From Camelus ferus (lineage: Eukaryota), in the NCBI RefSeq assembly GCF_009834535.1, contig NC_045729.1, positions 16,492,001 through 16,556,000 on the forward strand: a DNA stretch of 64,000 nt. The letters run 5' to 3'. This document shows, piece by piece, positions 47,041 to 57,516 of this stretch (position 1 is the first letter of the stretch; the number at the start of each line of letters is the position of its first letter). The position numbers and the translations under genes are program-made. The notes below the pieces were generated by a model. The model made no database searches. It saw only the letters and a program-made list of their open reading frames with translations, and was not told where the DNA came from.

Positions 47041-47205
47041 CTCTGAGCGAGAAGGGGCCCATGCCCCTTGTCCCCAGAATCGTGATCTGAGACTTTTTCC
47101 AGCTGAAGAGCGAGTTCTTCTCAGGAGCTTGGCAGGGCAGTTCCACTAGGTCTCCTGCCTTACCCAGCACCACTGTTCTCCCCTGAGTGCTGGCTGGGAG
47201 CATCG
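47041..47205 (-). CDS. CD4: CD4 exon 3: end of signal peptide and D1 first half
   Basis: 165 nt; AMLPASTQGRTVVLGKAGDLVELPCQAPEKNSLFSWKKSQITILGTRGMGPFSLR. Confidence 0.96.
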
Positions 47206-47337
47206 CTAGGTGGAAAAAGACAGGGTCAGGCCTCCAGGTGTGGCTGTCCTGCCTCCACCCCACCCCCACTTTGCATTTTCCACTCAGCCCCTCCTCCCAG
47301 GCCACCTGGCACTCAGGCCCCAAGTCTGAGCACTCAC

Positions 47338-47386
47338 CCAGTTGTAGCACCAGGAACAGGTGCCTAAGAGAGGTTCCCAGGTCCAT
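47338..47386 (-). CDS. CD4: CD4 exon 2: start codon and signal peptide
   Basis: ATG 47386 (GCCACAATGG context); MDLGTSLRHLFLVLQL; exon acceptor at 47444-47445. Nine coding exons total 1374 nt, 457 aa. Confidence 0.96.
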
Positions 47387-47589
47387 TGTGGCCTTGCTGA
47401 GGCAGGCAGGGACCTGCACCTTCCCCAGCAGACAGGGCAGGGCCTAGGGGAGACACAAATCATCAATTAACAGGCATTCACTGGGCCTGTGGCCCCGAAG
47501 AGACCCAGACAGCCAGGCTGGGGCCTAGATGTGCAGCCCTCTAAACAGACACCCACCAGTACTCCCCAAACCTGCGGTGCCCCGGCCAA

Positions 47590-47950
47590 GGGTGCATTCT
47601 TTGCCTGGTGGAATCAGAAAAAGATTCTCGGACAAAGTGGAAAATGAGTGGGGACTGGGACCAGGGAGCCAAGCCAGGTCATGAAGGCCCTTGAATGCCA
47701 TGCTGGGAGGCTGAGCCTTGACCCTGAGCACTAGGGAGCCAGTAGAAGATTTTACGGAGAGAAGGACAGGAGTAGATTTGCAAGGTGGATTCTCTCGCTG
47801 CTGAGTGAATGATGAGCTGGAGGAGGCCAAGCACAGGGGGCAGGATTGCGAGAATCTGGGTGACACGATGGGGATGGGACTCAAAGAGGCTGACTTGAGG
47901 GACAGCACTGAGGTAAAAATCCCCAGGACGTGGGGCCTGATTTGGTGTGA
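47590..47950 (-). mobile_element. L2 fragment in CD4 intron 1
   Basis: gaaggcccttgaatgccatgctggg...gggagccagtagaagatttt. Confidence 0.55.
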
Positions 47951-48144
47951 GGGGAAACAGAGAAAGAGGCGGGAGTGATGCCCTGCTCACTGTCAGACCG
48001 ACCCTATAAGGACTCTGAGTGGGAAGAGCAGAAAGACGCTGTTGCAGAGCTTGGCCCCCAAATCTTGGAAGGTGGATGAGGCTGTGGGGGAGGGGGCCAC
48101 TCTGATTGGATCTGGAGGAATGGGCAGCGTTAGGCTGGAGCTGT

Positions 48145-48300
48145 GACTCTCAGCGTGTGGTCCCAGGTCAGCAGCAGACGTCACTGGAGAACTTGTGAGA
48201 AAGGCAAATCCTCGGGCCCACCCCAGACCTGCTGAATCAGGAATGGGGTGGGTCCAACCATCTGCGTTTTCAAAACCTCTGGGTGTCAGATGCAGGCTCA
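48145..48300. mobile_element. MER5A-like hAT MITE
   Basis: cttgtgagaaaggcaaatcctcgggcccaccccagacctgctgaatcaggaa. Confidence 0.75.
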
Positions 48301-48489
48301 ATGAGCCAGCTGGAAAGGAAAGCTAGGGGCGCCCCACTGTGAGATGCAAAGTGGCAGGGCTGGGGAGGGAAGTTGTTGGGGATGACAGGGGTCGGGGGAG
48401 GCACGTGGAGACTGACCTTGAATCTTGACAGAGCAAGAGAGGAGAGTTTGGGCTTGGCTCTGAGGGAGACTGAGCCTCTGCTGGGTTTT

Positions 48490-48611
48490 GGTGGGGGGGG
48501 GCTTGTGGGGGGGAGTAATTAGGTTTATTTATTTAAAGGAGGTACTAGGGATTGAACCCAGGACCTCCTGCATACTCAGCACACGCTCTACCACAGAGCT
48601 CTACCCTCCCC
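48490..48611 (-). mobile_element. Vic-1-like SINE in CD4 intron 1
   Basis: Reverse strand GGGGAGGGTAGAGCTCTGTGGTAGAG...GGTTCAATCCCTAGTACCTCC...AAACCTAATTACTCCCC. Confidence 0.88.
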
Positions 48612-49607
48612 AAACACTGCTGGTGTTTTGAGCAGAGATGTGACGTGGTCTTTGTAGAGCTTTACGAAACTTGACCTGATAACAGGACCAGATGACACGG
48701 AGGGAGGAGAGACTAAAGGAAGGCCACCAGACAAACAGAGGCAGGCTCAAGTGTCTTTGACCTCCAGGCCCAGACTGTTCGCAGACCTCAGAGAGGCACC
48801 GGCCTTGGAGGCAGTGTCGGCACAGACCTGGCCCAGAGCCTGTGCATTCAGACTTCTTTTCTGCACCCCCAAGCCTGGTCTTTCTCTCTCCGGGAGACCT
48901 CCTTAGCAGTGATCGCACTGTGGCCTCCCACAGCCTCCAGCAGTGGACACCGTCTTGGGCGCGCCCACCCGCTACCTTACGTTGCAGTGATTTGGGTTCC
49001 CACCTCTCCTTCACCAGCTCTTGGAGATGATGGTCCAGCCATCAGTGCCAGCTGTGGCACCAGCTGGAGCACAGAGAAGGGTCTCAGGATGTGTTTGGTT
49101 AACTTAAACCAAATTGAATTGAATGGAAGAGGGAAACTCACTGACGACTTTTTTCTGTACTCAGATATATTAATTCTGTTACTAAAATGGGTCAGTTATG
49201 TGTTGGGACCCAATGAACACCGGCCTGCACGAAGCCAAGTCATCCCAGTCCGTGCTCACCACCTCCCCTAACCCCACCCGCAGGCATTCTCCGTCCTCTC
49301 TGTCCGGCTGCCCGCAAGGAGGAGGCTGACCCCTACACACTGCATTGCCCAGGCCCCCTCACCCTCCAGCGCCTGGTTGGGGTCAGCCACTGAGAAACAC
49401 CCAGAAGAGGTGGGAGGGCCGGGTCGGTGAGAGAGGTTAGGGAATTCTTCCTTATCCTCTTCCAGCTCTGGGCATATTTTCTGGCATTGGCTGTATACAC
49501 CCCCCACCCCTGCCGCTGCTCCCCGCCTCCACCGTGGACTACAACTCATGTCAGGTGGCTCCCTACCTGAAGCTCAAACCCTTGCTGGGTTCCAGAATCA
49601 CTGTGTT

Positions 49608-49760
49608 GGGGGAGGGTATAGCTCAAGTGGTAGAGTGCATGCTTAAGAATGCACCAGGTCCTGGGTTCAATCCCCAGTACCTCCATTTAAATCAATAAAA
49701 ATAATAAACCTAATTATCTCCCCCCTAAACAACAACAACAACAACATACAACAACAACAG
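49608..49760 (+). mobile_element. Vic-1-like SINE in CD4 intron 1
   Basis: (ACA)n tail; imperfect TSD cagaatcactgtgt/cagagtcaccgtgt. Confidence 0.9.
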
Positions 49761-51199
49761 AGTCACCGTGTCGGCCCTGCCCCTTCAGGACTCTGATGGG
49801 TGCTGGGGGCTTGGTCCTTCTAATGATGTTTGAGGGAAATTAAAAAAAAAAAAGCCCCCTCCGGTCACTCGCTCTGCATGAAAGAGGAATGACTCAGGGC
49901 CTAACGCAGGGTAGGGGCTTGACAGAATTTTTTTAAACCAGTGAATTAGGAGGAGAAGAGGGCAGGAAGGAGGTTTCATCACAGGTGAAGTTGTTTACAA
50001 GTCAGCGCGGGCCACGGAGGCACTTAGGGGCGGGCAGGGCACTCTCACACTGGGAATGCTTCCCTCTGTGCCCCCATCCTACATTCACCGAGGCCTCGGT
50101 GAGCAGAGGCTGGAGGACTCTCCAGGTGGGATAGCTCTTCCCTGGGGTCCCAAGTCAGCTCCAATGGCCGAGCAAGGCTAGGGGTCATTCTTGTCCCTCC
50201 CCAAGTGGTGGCCACCTTTTCTTCCCCACTCTGTGATGCTGGGTCACCCGCCCCTGCTACCAGCTCCCTGCCCTGCCCCAACCCACGCCAGCGCTAGGCT
50301 GGGAGGAAGAGGCTATGGGTTTCCAGCTGCTGTTTGCTTTAGTGCCTGGGGCTTCCGCTGCCGCCCCAGAGAGCTGGCCTTTGATTCCCACATCCTCAGC
50401 CTCCCCAGAGGTGCTCTGCCCCAGTACAGTAGCATCCTGTACACCACAGTCCCCCGAGAGAGGCTGGGAGGCCCTCTGGTCCCCGAGGCCCTGGGTCCCC
50501 TCTCCTCCCTCCCTCCATCTCCCTGTTGCTCTGCTTACATCTGTGCACTCCTGTTTCTGTGCCTCCCCAAGTGGATGCCTCCACTTTCCCCTCCCTGCGT
50601 CTGTGTCTCTCTTCCGCTGAGCCTCAGGAAGCAATCCCGGCACTCCTGGTCTCCCTGGAGGTGCCCCTTGCCTCTTCTCCTCTTGCTTCCCTCCCCTCTC
50701 CGGCTGCCACTGAGCTCTAGTCCCTTCTGGCCTGGAAACCGGCATTCAAGGCCTCTGGCAGAGATGGAGGCTTCTATGAGCTTCCACGCAAAGGGAGCCT
50801 GCAGGGCACAGCCTGGAGCCCAGGGGCGGATGCCAGGGAGATGGTTGCAGGGTGGACAAAAGGAAAAGGCTAGATTCAGAGGAACACACAGAAGCCCCAA
50901 GGGAGGGCGACGAGAGTGTGGGAGGGAAAGAGGAAGGCCCGGAGAGACCCAGAGCAGCTCATTAAAGCAGCAGAGACACTTCACGCGATGTACAGGCACA
51001 CACCAAGCCCAGGACGGTGCAAAACAAGGTCGGGGCAGAGGGAGAGAGATGAGCACGTTCTAAGAGGCAAGACACACGCAGGAGCGGAGCCGTGGGGTGA
51101 GGAAAGACCAGAGCATTGACCCAGCACTGCACACCCTCGGAGGGCGTGAGCTGCCCCCCGCCCAGCTGGGCTAAGCGGCAGGCGGTGGGGGGAGGTGAG

Positions 51200-51420
51200 G
51201 AAGAGGGCACAGCCCACCACAGTGACAGTCTGTGGTCCCGCAGGCGCTTTTATCTTCTCCCCACGGCCCCCCATCAGCCCCTCCAGCCCAGCGGCGGGAT
51301 GCGCCCCCACCGCACGCGCCCCCTCTGCTGCTCACCCGCCTCACATGAACTTCCTCGAGACGTGGTCCCTGGAAGGGACCCTTGTGGTTCAGTGGCTGCA
51401 ACCTCCACCATCCTCTCCTT
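51200..51420 (-). promoter_or_regulatory. CD4: CD4 intronic silencer orthologue
   Basis: About 1.7 kb into intron 1; Runx sites AACCACA (51383-51389) and GACCACA (51231-51237); GATA site AGATAA (51250-51255); flanks match the mouse silencer as I recall it (GAACCACAAGGGTC...). Confidence 0.8.
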
Positions 51421-53107
51421 TGCCTCAGCCACCCACACTGGGGGACCGGAGCCCTCCCTCTTCCACGATCCCCCGAAAGATGTAGAACAGACCTCAACCT
51501 CAGAGCTGACGAATCCAGGCCCCCGCCTGCCCCTCTCCGCACCCACCTTCATCAAAGATATTCATTCAACAAACATGTACCAAGTGCCTAAAACGTGCCA
51601 GGCCCTTGGTCTACCCAGCTCCTTGGTTGCCACCTCACCACTAGGGCCAGGATCAGGGCCCAGGCGCTGCGGGGCGTCTGCCCAGAGCCAGCTGGTATCT
51701 CGGGTGGACCTCCTCTACCCAAGTGGCCCCACACTGAAGGATGGAGGCATCTCGAGTTCCCTCTGACCTGGTCCCCTAGGAAGCCTGTCATCTGAGGTGA
51801 AGAGGGCGGCCATTTTGTACGAGCCCAGACTCCACACAGAGCAAGACATTGTCAGAAGTGAGGTGCGGAGACTCCCCCATCAGGCTCTACTCTCAGCCTC
51901 GCACCCCAGAAAGTTTGCCCCGCAAGAGCAGGGCTTTCAGGAAGAGCTTTCCCACCCAGAGCGAAATCTTCGAATTAGTGAGGACGCGGCCTCTCCTATT
52001 TTGAGGGCCTTGACTGTACGATGAGGCCCTGGCCCAGGATCCACTTATGAAGAGGAGGCAGAGGACGCCCAGGGAACAGGGCTGAGGCCAGGGAGGTCTC
52101 AGGACAGGGGACAAGACTGAGGGCAGAGAGGCTGGCGTCGGTCAGGGCATCCCATTTGCAGGGCATCTCCCCTCCTGCGTCCACCCCCAAACCCACCAAG
52201 CCCAGGGAGGGCCTGCAAATCCTTTTCTAACGCCACTAGGTTCCCCTTCCAGAGCAGCTGAGACACTTAAAGCCAATTCCTCAGAACCCATTTTTCTAAT
52301 GACGTATGACCTAAAAATATGGCTATCTATCACTTTCACAGCGGGTCATCCGTAAAAGCTGTTTCAACCCTTTCTGGGAATGTTAGCTTTCCCATTTCAT
52401 TCATCATTTTAAAGCTAACTGAAGTGGAAGTGTCTTTAGACCTGTTGTTCACAAGTCCTAAAAATCCGCAAAAGTAGACAAAAAACATAAAAACACGCAT
52501 AAGGAGCAAGTGAAAGGCGGCGACATCCAACATTTGGCTTTTGAGACGCTGCAAGTACGAGTTCTGGTGTTTTTGACCGTGTCATTGGGAAGATTGATTT
52601 AGGGGAGAATTGTCTCTAGAACAGACTCCACCCTTTTTCTTGCTTTTACTTTGTTTTCTCTTTTCCTGTCTTTTGTTTAGGACTCCTCCCTCCTTAATAT
52701 TTGTTTATTCTTTTTATGTCTTCCCCACTCCTTCTTCCCTCTTTTCTTTCTCTTCTTCCCCCTCTCTGTCTTCATCTCCACTCCCCATGATTCATGGCCT
52801 TTCTCAGCCCGGGGCTCCTGAGCACCCGTCCCTCGGAGTCCAAGTCAACCTTCTGCCAAGCCTCTGGGGAGCCCGTTCCGCTCTGGGCACTGAGCTGTGC
52901 ACAGTGGGGACGAGGGGAGAAGTGTGGCCTAGTTCCCAGCCTCTGGAAGCTTCCAGTGGGGAAATCACTGCTCACAAAATGCAAGAGAAGGTGGTCAGAG
53001 CTGTGGGCAGAGACCCAGGAATCTAGCACACTGCAGCACATCTGCTGCCACGGTCCCCTCCCCCTCCCTGATCCGCTGGAAGGAACGGAGCAATCTGTCC
53101 CTCTTAC

Positions 53108-53240
53108 CTCTGGGCCTGTGTCTCTCTTCCCCTCTGCTTCTCGCACAGGTGTGTTGATGCGAGGGCTGGGAGCAGGAGCCCACTGGGGAGGGCACCTGTT
53201 ACTTCTGCAGAGATGTGCTTAAACCGAGAGACAGGCTTAA
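53108..53240 (-). other. CD4: CD4 non-coding exon 1 (start approximate)
   Basis: ...ACACACCTGTGCGAGAAGCAGAGGGGAAGAGAGACACAGGCCCAGAG/GTAAGA; resembles human and mouse CD4 exon 1. Confidence 0.85.
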
Positions 53241-53360
53241 ACCGAGAGACAGGAAACCTGGTAGTGAGGCTCCTCCACGCCCTGGGCCTGGGCCAACCCC
53301 CAGCGTCACCATCTAGGACTAGGATCCCCACCCCCTGCCTCTCAGGGAAGATGTCAAAGT
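53218..53360 (-). promoter_or_regulatory. CD4: CD4 TATA-less core promoter
   Basis: Ets site CAGGAAAC (53250-53257), CRE half-site TGACGC (53303-53308), GGAGCCTCAC-ACCAGG segment recalled from the mouse promoter; 18-bp duplication at 53218-53253. Confidence 0.8.
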
Positions 53361-53829
53361 GAAAATGGCAAAGTCAAGGGAAAAAATTGAGCAGAACCTG
53401 GCCAGAGGCCAGAGTGCCACCATGCTTCTCTTGGGGTGCCAAGAAAAGGCATCACTGTGCTTTTTTGTTGGGTGGCGAGAGAAAGATTGCATCCGTGATA
53501 CCACAAGCTGGCCTGGGCTTCAGGGAAAGAGGTGGGAGGCAGACGGTGGGCATGTGACCGCAGTGGTGGCAACCGCCACACAGCCCCTGGCTCCAGGGCC
53601 CTGAGGAGTTCAGTGGGTGCTTCTGGGGCTCCTGGCACCTGAAGCATTGTCATTGGCCCCGTGGACTGACAGCAGGCATCTGAGACACCCAGAGTGACTG
53701 TGGGCCAGGCTCTTTTCCTCTGGGCCTTTGTCTGTGGCCAGCCTTTACCATTTCTCTCCAGCCCGGATCTCTCCTGAGCTCCAGATGTGGTCTCTGTCTC
53801 TCCATTGGCCTCTCCATTTGGATGCTCAC

Positions 53830-54170
53830 CAGACATGGCAAACTCAACTCACCCCAAACCAAACTTATGGTCTGCGTACTGCTGCCCTCCCAGACTTCTT
53901 GTTCAAGTTTCCCGACTCAGTGAAGGGTTCACCATCCACCAAGCTGCTCAAGCCCAAGAAACTGGGTGTAATCTTTGACTCCTTCCTCACACAACCTCCC
54001 CGCCTCCAAGTATTTATTTACCAATTCCCGTGGATGTTACCCTTTAAGTAGCTCTGAAGTCTGTCCAAGTCACTCTGTCCCACTGCCACCCACCACTCCC
54101 ATCGAGGGTACCATCATCATTCTCTGCCTGGACTCACTGGTCTCCTGGCCTCTCCCTTCTGCCTGAGTGA
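53830..54170 (+). mobile_element. L2 fragment
   Basis: ccatccaccaagctgctcaagcccaagaaactgggtgtaatctttgactcc. Confidence 0.7.
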
Positions 54171-54662
54171 CCGGTTCAACATGCACATGTCATCATGGCC
54201 TTTCCTTACCACAAAAAACAGTGGCGAGTTCAGCTTGCAACTCCAGCCATTCATACAAGGGTTTCTACTGAGACAACCACTGTGCTTTATTTGCAGCCTA
54301 AGTGCTTTATGCTGCTTCTCATTTCATAACACAATGTACTCAAGGATTGAGAGCTAATAAAATTAATAGTTACTGCTTCATCAAGGGCATTCTTAAGTGA
54401 AACTGGCATTACTTTTTTTTTCTTTTTTTATTGCAAGTGCCTGGCAGTGAGAGTATGACATCTCTAGCACGGTTTGGTTCCACTGCCTTAATTTGTGCTA
54501 AGGCAGCAGTCTAACCCAGATGGCTTTTGCAACATCACTGCAATGTCAACATAGTGACAAAGGCAAATAATGCCTTATTACTTTATATGAAAATGGCTGG
54601 CCCTGGCAAACCCCCTATAAGGGTCTCAGGGACCCCCGTGGGCCACACTTTGAGAATCACTA
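54170..54662. mobile_element. hAT-Charlie DNA transposon fragment
   Basis: End motif gggtctcagggacccc...ccacactttgagaatcact. Confidence 0.55.
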
Positions 54663-54699
54663 ATCTAGAAGTGTACTCAGTCTTCAGATCTTAGCTGTC

Positions 54700-55620
54700 T
54701 CTCTGCACAGCCCTTTAGCTGTCCCCCAAGTCTGTTTTCTCCTTCTTCCTTTGTAATAGAACCCTCAGTTTTTAGCTGAGTTCATGGCTACCCCAATTTC
54801 AGTTATACTTCCCAGCCTCCCTTGCAGCTGGACATGGCCAAACGACTCAGTCTGGGTTAAGGGAGAGAACTGGAAGCGTAAGGCGTGTCCTTCAAGGGAG
54901 AGTGTGTGTGTTCTCCTTTGGGCAGGAATGCAGACATCCTTCCTGTTTACAGCCTGCCTACTTTTCTCATTTACATGACCTAGCAGGCTTCTGTAGGCTT
55001 TTAAGATTATAAGCCCTGATTTGGCCCAGTTCTCTCCACTCATTCTTATGTTCAACAAAAGCTCAGTGTCTAGCAGCCCAAGGAACTCTGCTGGGAGCCG
55101 GGGATGTGACGTTAAGTAAGTTAAATATGATCACCGCTCTAGCCTGTGACACCAACACTAAACATTGAATAATTCCATTACAACCGGACAGTTGCTACAA
55201 AGAGTGAAGCACACAGTGATGGGACAGCTTACCACGGGGAACCTTGTTTCCACTGGGAGGGCGAGAAAGTCTTCCACGGGAAGCATGTATTAGTAAGCAC
55301 CGGGCTTTGATACAAGTGAAAGAAAATTCAGCATAACAGAGGCTGAAATGAGACTGAAGTTGATTTCTCATCTGAAAGAAGCCTGGAGGTGGGTGGTCCA
55401 GAGGGGAGGGAGGGGAGATGCCAGCACACCTAACCCTGTTTGTATCTTGTTGCTCTGCCATCCTCATCCTCTGAACGACCCCGCCTCATAGTCGGAGAAG
55501 GTTGCTCAGGTCCCTTTATGAGAAGATCTCCCCGGACCCTGTGCTGCTTCCCCCTTGGAAGCCCTTGTCCAAGAGTAATAATGAAGAAATTACTGTTTAG
55601 TGTCTGTCTCACAGGCTACA
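54700..55620. mobile_element. Old MaLR LTR (MLT1J/K-like) fragments with L2 pieces
   Basis: atacttcccagcctcccttgcagctggacatggcc motif. Confidence 0.5.
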
Positions 55621-55689
55621 GTGGTGACCACATCTGTCTTACTTAGCACCCAGCAGAGTGCCTGGGGCTTGCTAGATGTTAATACTTGT

Positions 55690-55975
55690 TGCACACTTTT
55701 TAAAAAATATTAAATTCTATTGATATGAAATTTGTGGTGATAAAATAGACATACCATAAAACTTACAATTTTCACCTTTTCTTTTTTTTTTAGTTTAAGA
55801 GACATGGACTTAATGGGGACACATTTGCTCCATTTTAACCCTTTTTAAGTGTGTGGATCTGTGTTACTGTACAACTGTCACAACCATCCATCTCCAGAAC
55901 TTTTTCATCTTCCCCAACCAAAACTGTCCCCCTCAAACACTAACTCCCTATTTCCTCCTCCCCCCAGCCCCTGAT
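55690..55975 (-). mobile_element. L1M 3'-end fragment with a short poly-A-tailed insert
   Basis: caaccatccatctccagaactttttcatcttcccc...actaactccctatttcc. Confidence 0.7.
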
Positions 55976-56314
55976 CACTGAGTACTTTTTGAATGAATGA
56001 TTGGAGAGAGACTGGAGCCAAGGCCACAGACTGCAATGCCTAGAGGGGCCTGCTAGGTAACAGAGATGAGAAAAGCATGCTGGCAGGAAACAACAGGGAG
56101 AGGTGGGGACCAAGGTAAACAGAGTCCCTGAGGGTAGATCTACTGAAGGCAGCCTCTGCCCACACAGCTCCAGCTGGGCCGAAGGCTCAGGCTGCATCAG
56201 AACGTGAACCTGGAGTGGCCAGCTTGGCCAAAATTTCAAGAGAAGATGGAAAGGCAGACATTTATGTAATATCTCCTAATTAAATTTTTGTTTTATTCTA
56301 ACACTGTGTAAAAG

Positions 56315-56450
56315 TGGGGAGGGTATAGCTCAGTGCTTAGCATACACCGGGTCATGGGCTTGATCCCCAGTACCTCCGTTAAATAAAAAATAATAATGAT
56401 AATAAAATAAGTAAATTTACCCCCTCCCCTCATAAAATGAACCATACCCT
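56315..56450 (+). mobile_element. Vic-1-like SINE with an internal deletion after the A box
   Basis: ggggagggtatagctcagtgcttagcatac lacks the gtagagcgcat segment seen in other copies. Confidence 0.8.
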
Positions 56451-56471
56451 ACAAAACCCCCAAAATAACAT

Positions 56472-57050
56472 TGGATATGAGGTGGGAAGCCCCACAAAAA
56501 AGGCCGGCAGGGCCACTATTCTCCTGCCAGCACCATCCGGTTTCCTGGCCCAGAGGCTCTATCTCACTTTTTGCCTCTGAAACGGCTTATTTCTAGGAAA
56601 GTGGAACTTACCCCTAAAATTTTATTGGTTCCCTGAGCTCACTCCTGATTGGTTATTTCCTTCACTCCTGATTGGTCCATTTCCCTAACTTCTGATTGGT
56701 CCATTTGTAGTACTTTATTTGCATGGAGCTCACTCCTGATTGGTTATTTCTCTCCCTCTTGATTGGTCCATTTCTACAAAGCTTGTTCCTAATTAGTCAA
56801 CTTTTGTTATACCTTATTTGCATACAATGTTGCAAAGTGTAAACTGGCAGCCTATAAAAGCCTGTGTAAACCTACAGATGGAGTCCAGAGCTTGGAGTGT
56901 TAACTTAACTTCTGTAGGCCCTGTGGCGTAAGAAACCTGAGTTCTCCAACTCTCGGGAGGCTGCTTGGTCTCTCACCCGGATGCAAGTTGCTGTCACAAC
57001 TGAACTGTAACACCGAGCTTTTCCACTGAGCTATAACACGTTTTTCTACA
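56472..57050 (+). mobile_element. Solo endogenous-retrovirus LTR (probably ERV1 class)
   Basis: TG...CA termini, 4-bp TSD ACAT (56468-56471, 57051-57054), six ATTGG boxes in tandem units, octamers ATTTGCAT (56717, 56816), TATAAAA (56853). Confidence 0.82.
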
Positions 57051-57516
57051 ACATTTCAATCACACAAAGCATTCCAAGGGTTGGATAGAACTCAGGACCT
57101 ACTGGTTGGTAACAGGTGGACTGTGTGATGCCACCCAGCTTTTGGGTCTGTTGCCTGTGGCTGCCTGTGAAGACGAGTTCCCAGGAGTCAATGTCCCAGG
57201 AACCCGGCTCTCCCTCTGGGGTGTTCAAACAGGAAAAGAGGAAGAGATGGCAAGTTTATATTTAACACTTAGTACTGTTGTGTGCTTTATATGGTTGTGT
57301 CTTTAATTTGCACAACAATGATCAGACATAAGAATTGTTTTTCAGACCATACAGATGAGGAAACTGAGGCTTGAAGCGTTTCAGAGAGTTGCTAACAGTC
57401 GCAAAGCTAGTAACCATAAATGATGGAACTGGGATTTGGCCCTTCCTGCTTTGTCCCCAATCCCTGGAAGATCCCTCTCATCCTACTGCCTCTCCTCTGC
57501 ATTAAGAAAGGCCAGG

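Noticed and set aside
50191-51063. 290-aa + strand ORF in CD4 intron 1
   Set aside because: Low-complexity pyrimidine-rich translation with no recognisable domain or exon structure
52336-52554. 72-aa hydrophobic ORF between the CD4 promoter and silencer
   Set aside because: Hydrophobicity comes from T-rich composition; no splice or homology support
56620-56770. CRISPR-like array of about 23-bp CTGATTGGTYMATTT units
   Set aside because: Eukaryotic context, no unique spacers, no cas genes; these are tandem CCAAT units in an LTR U3
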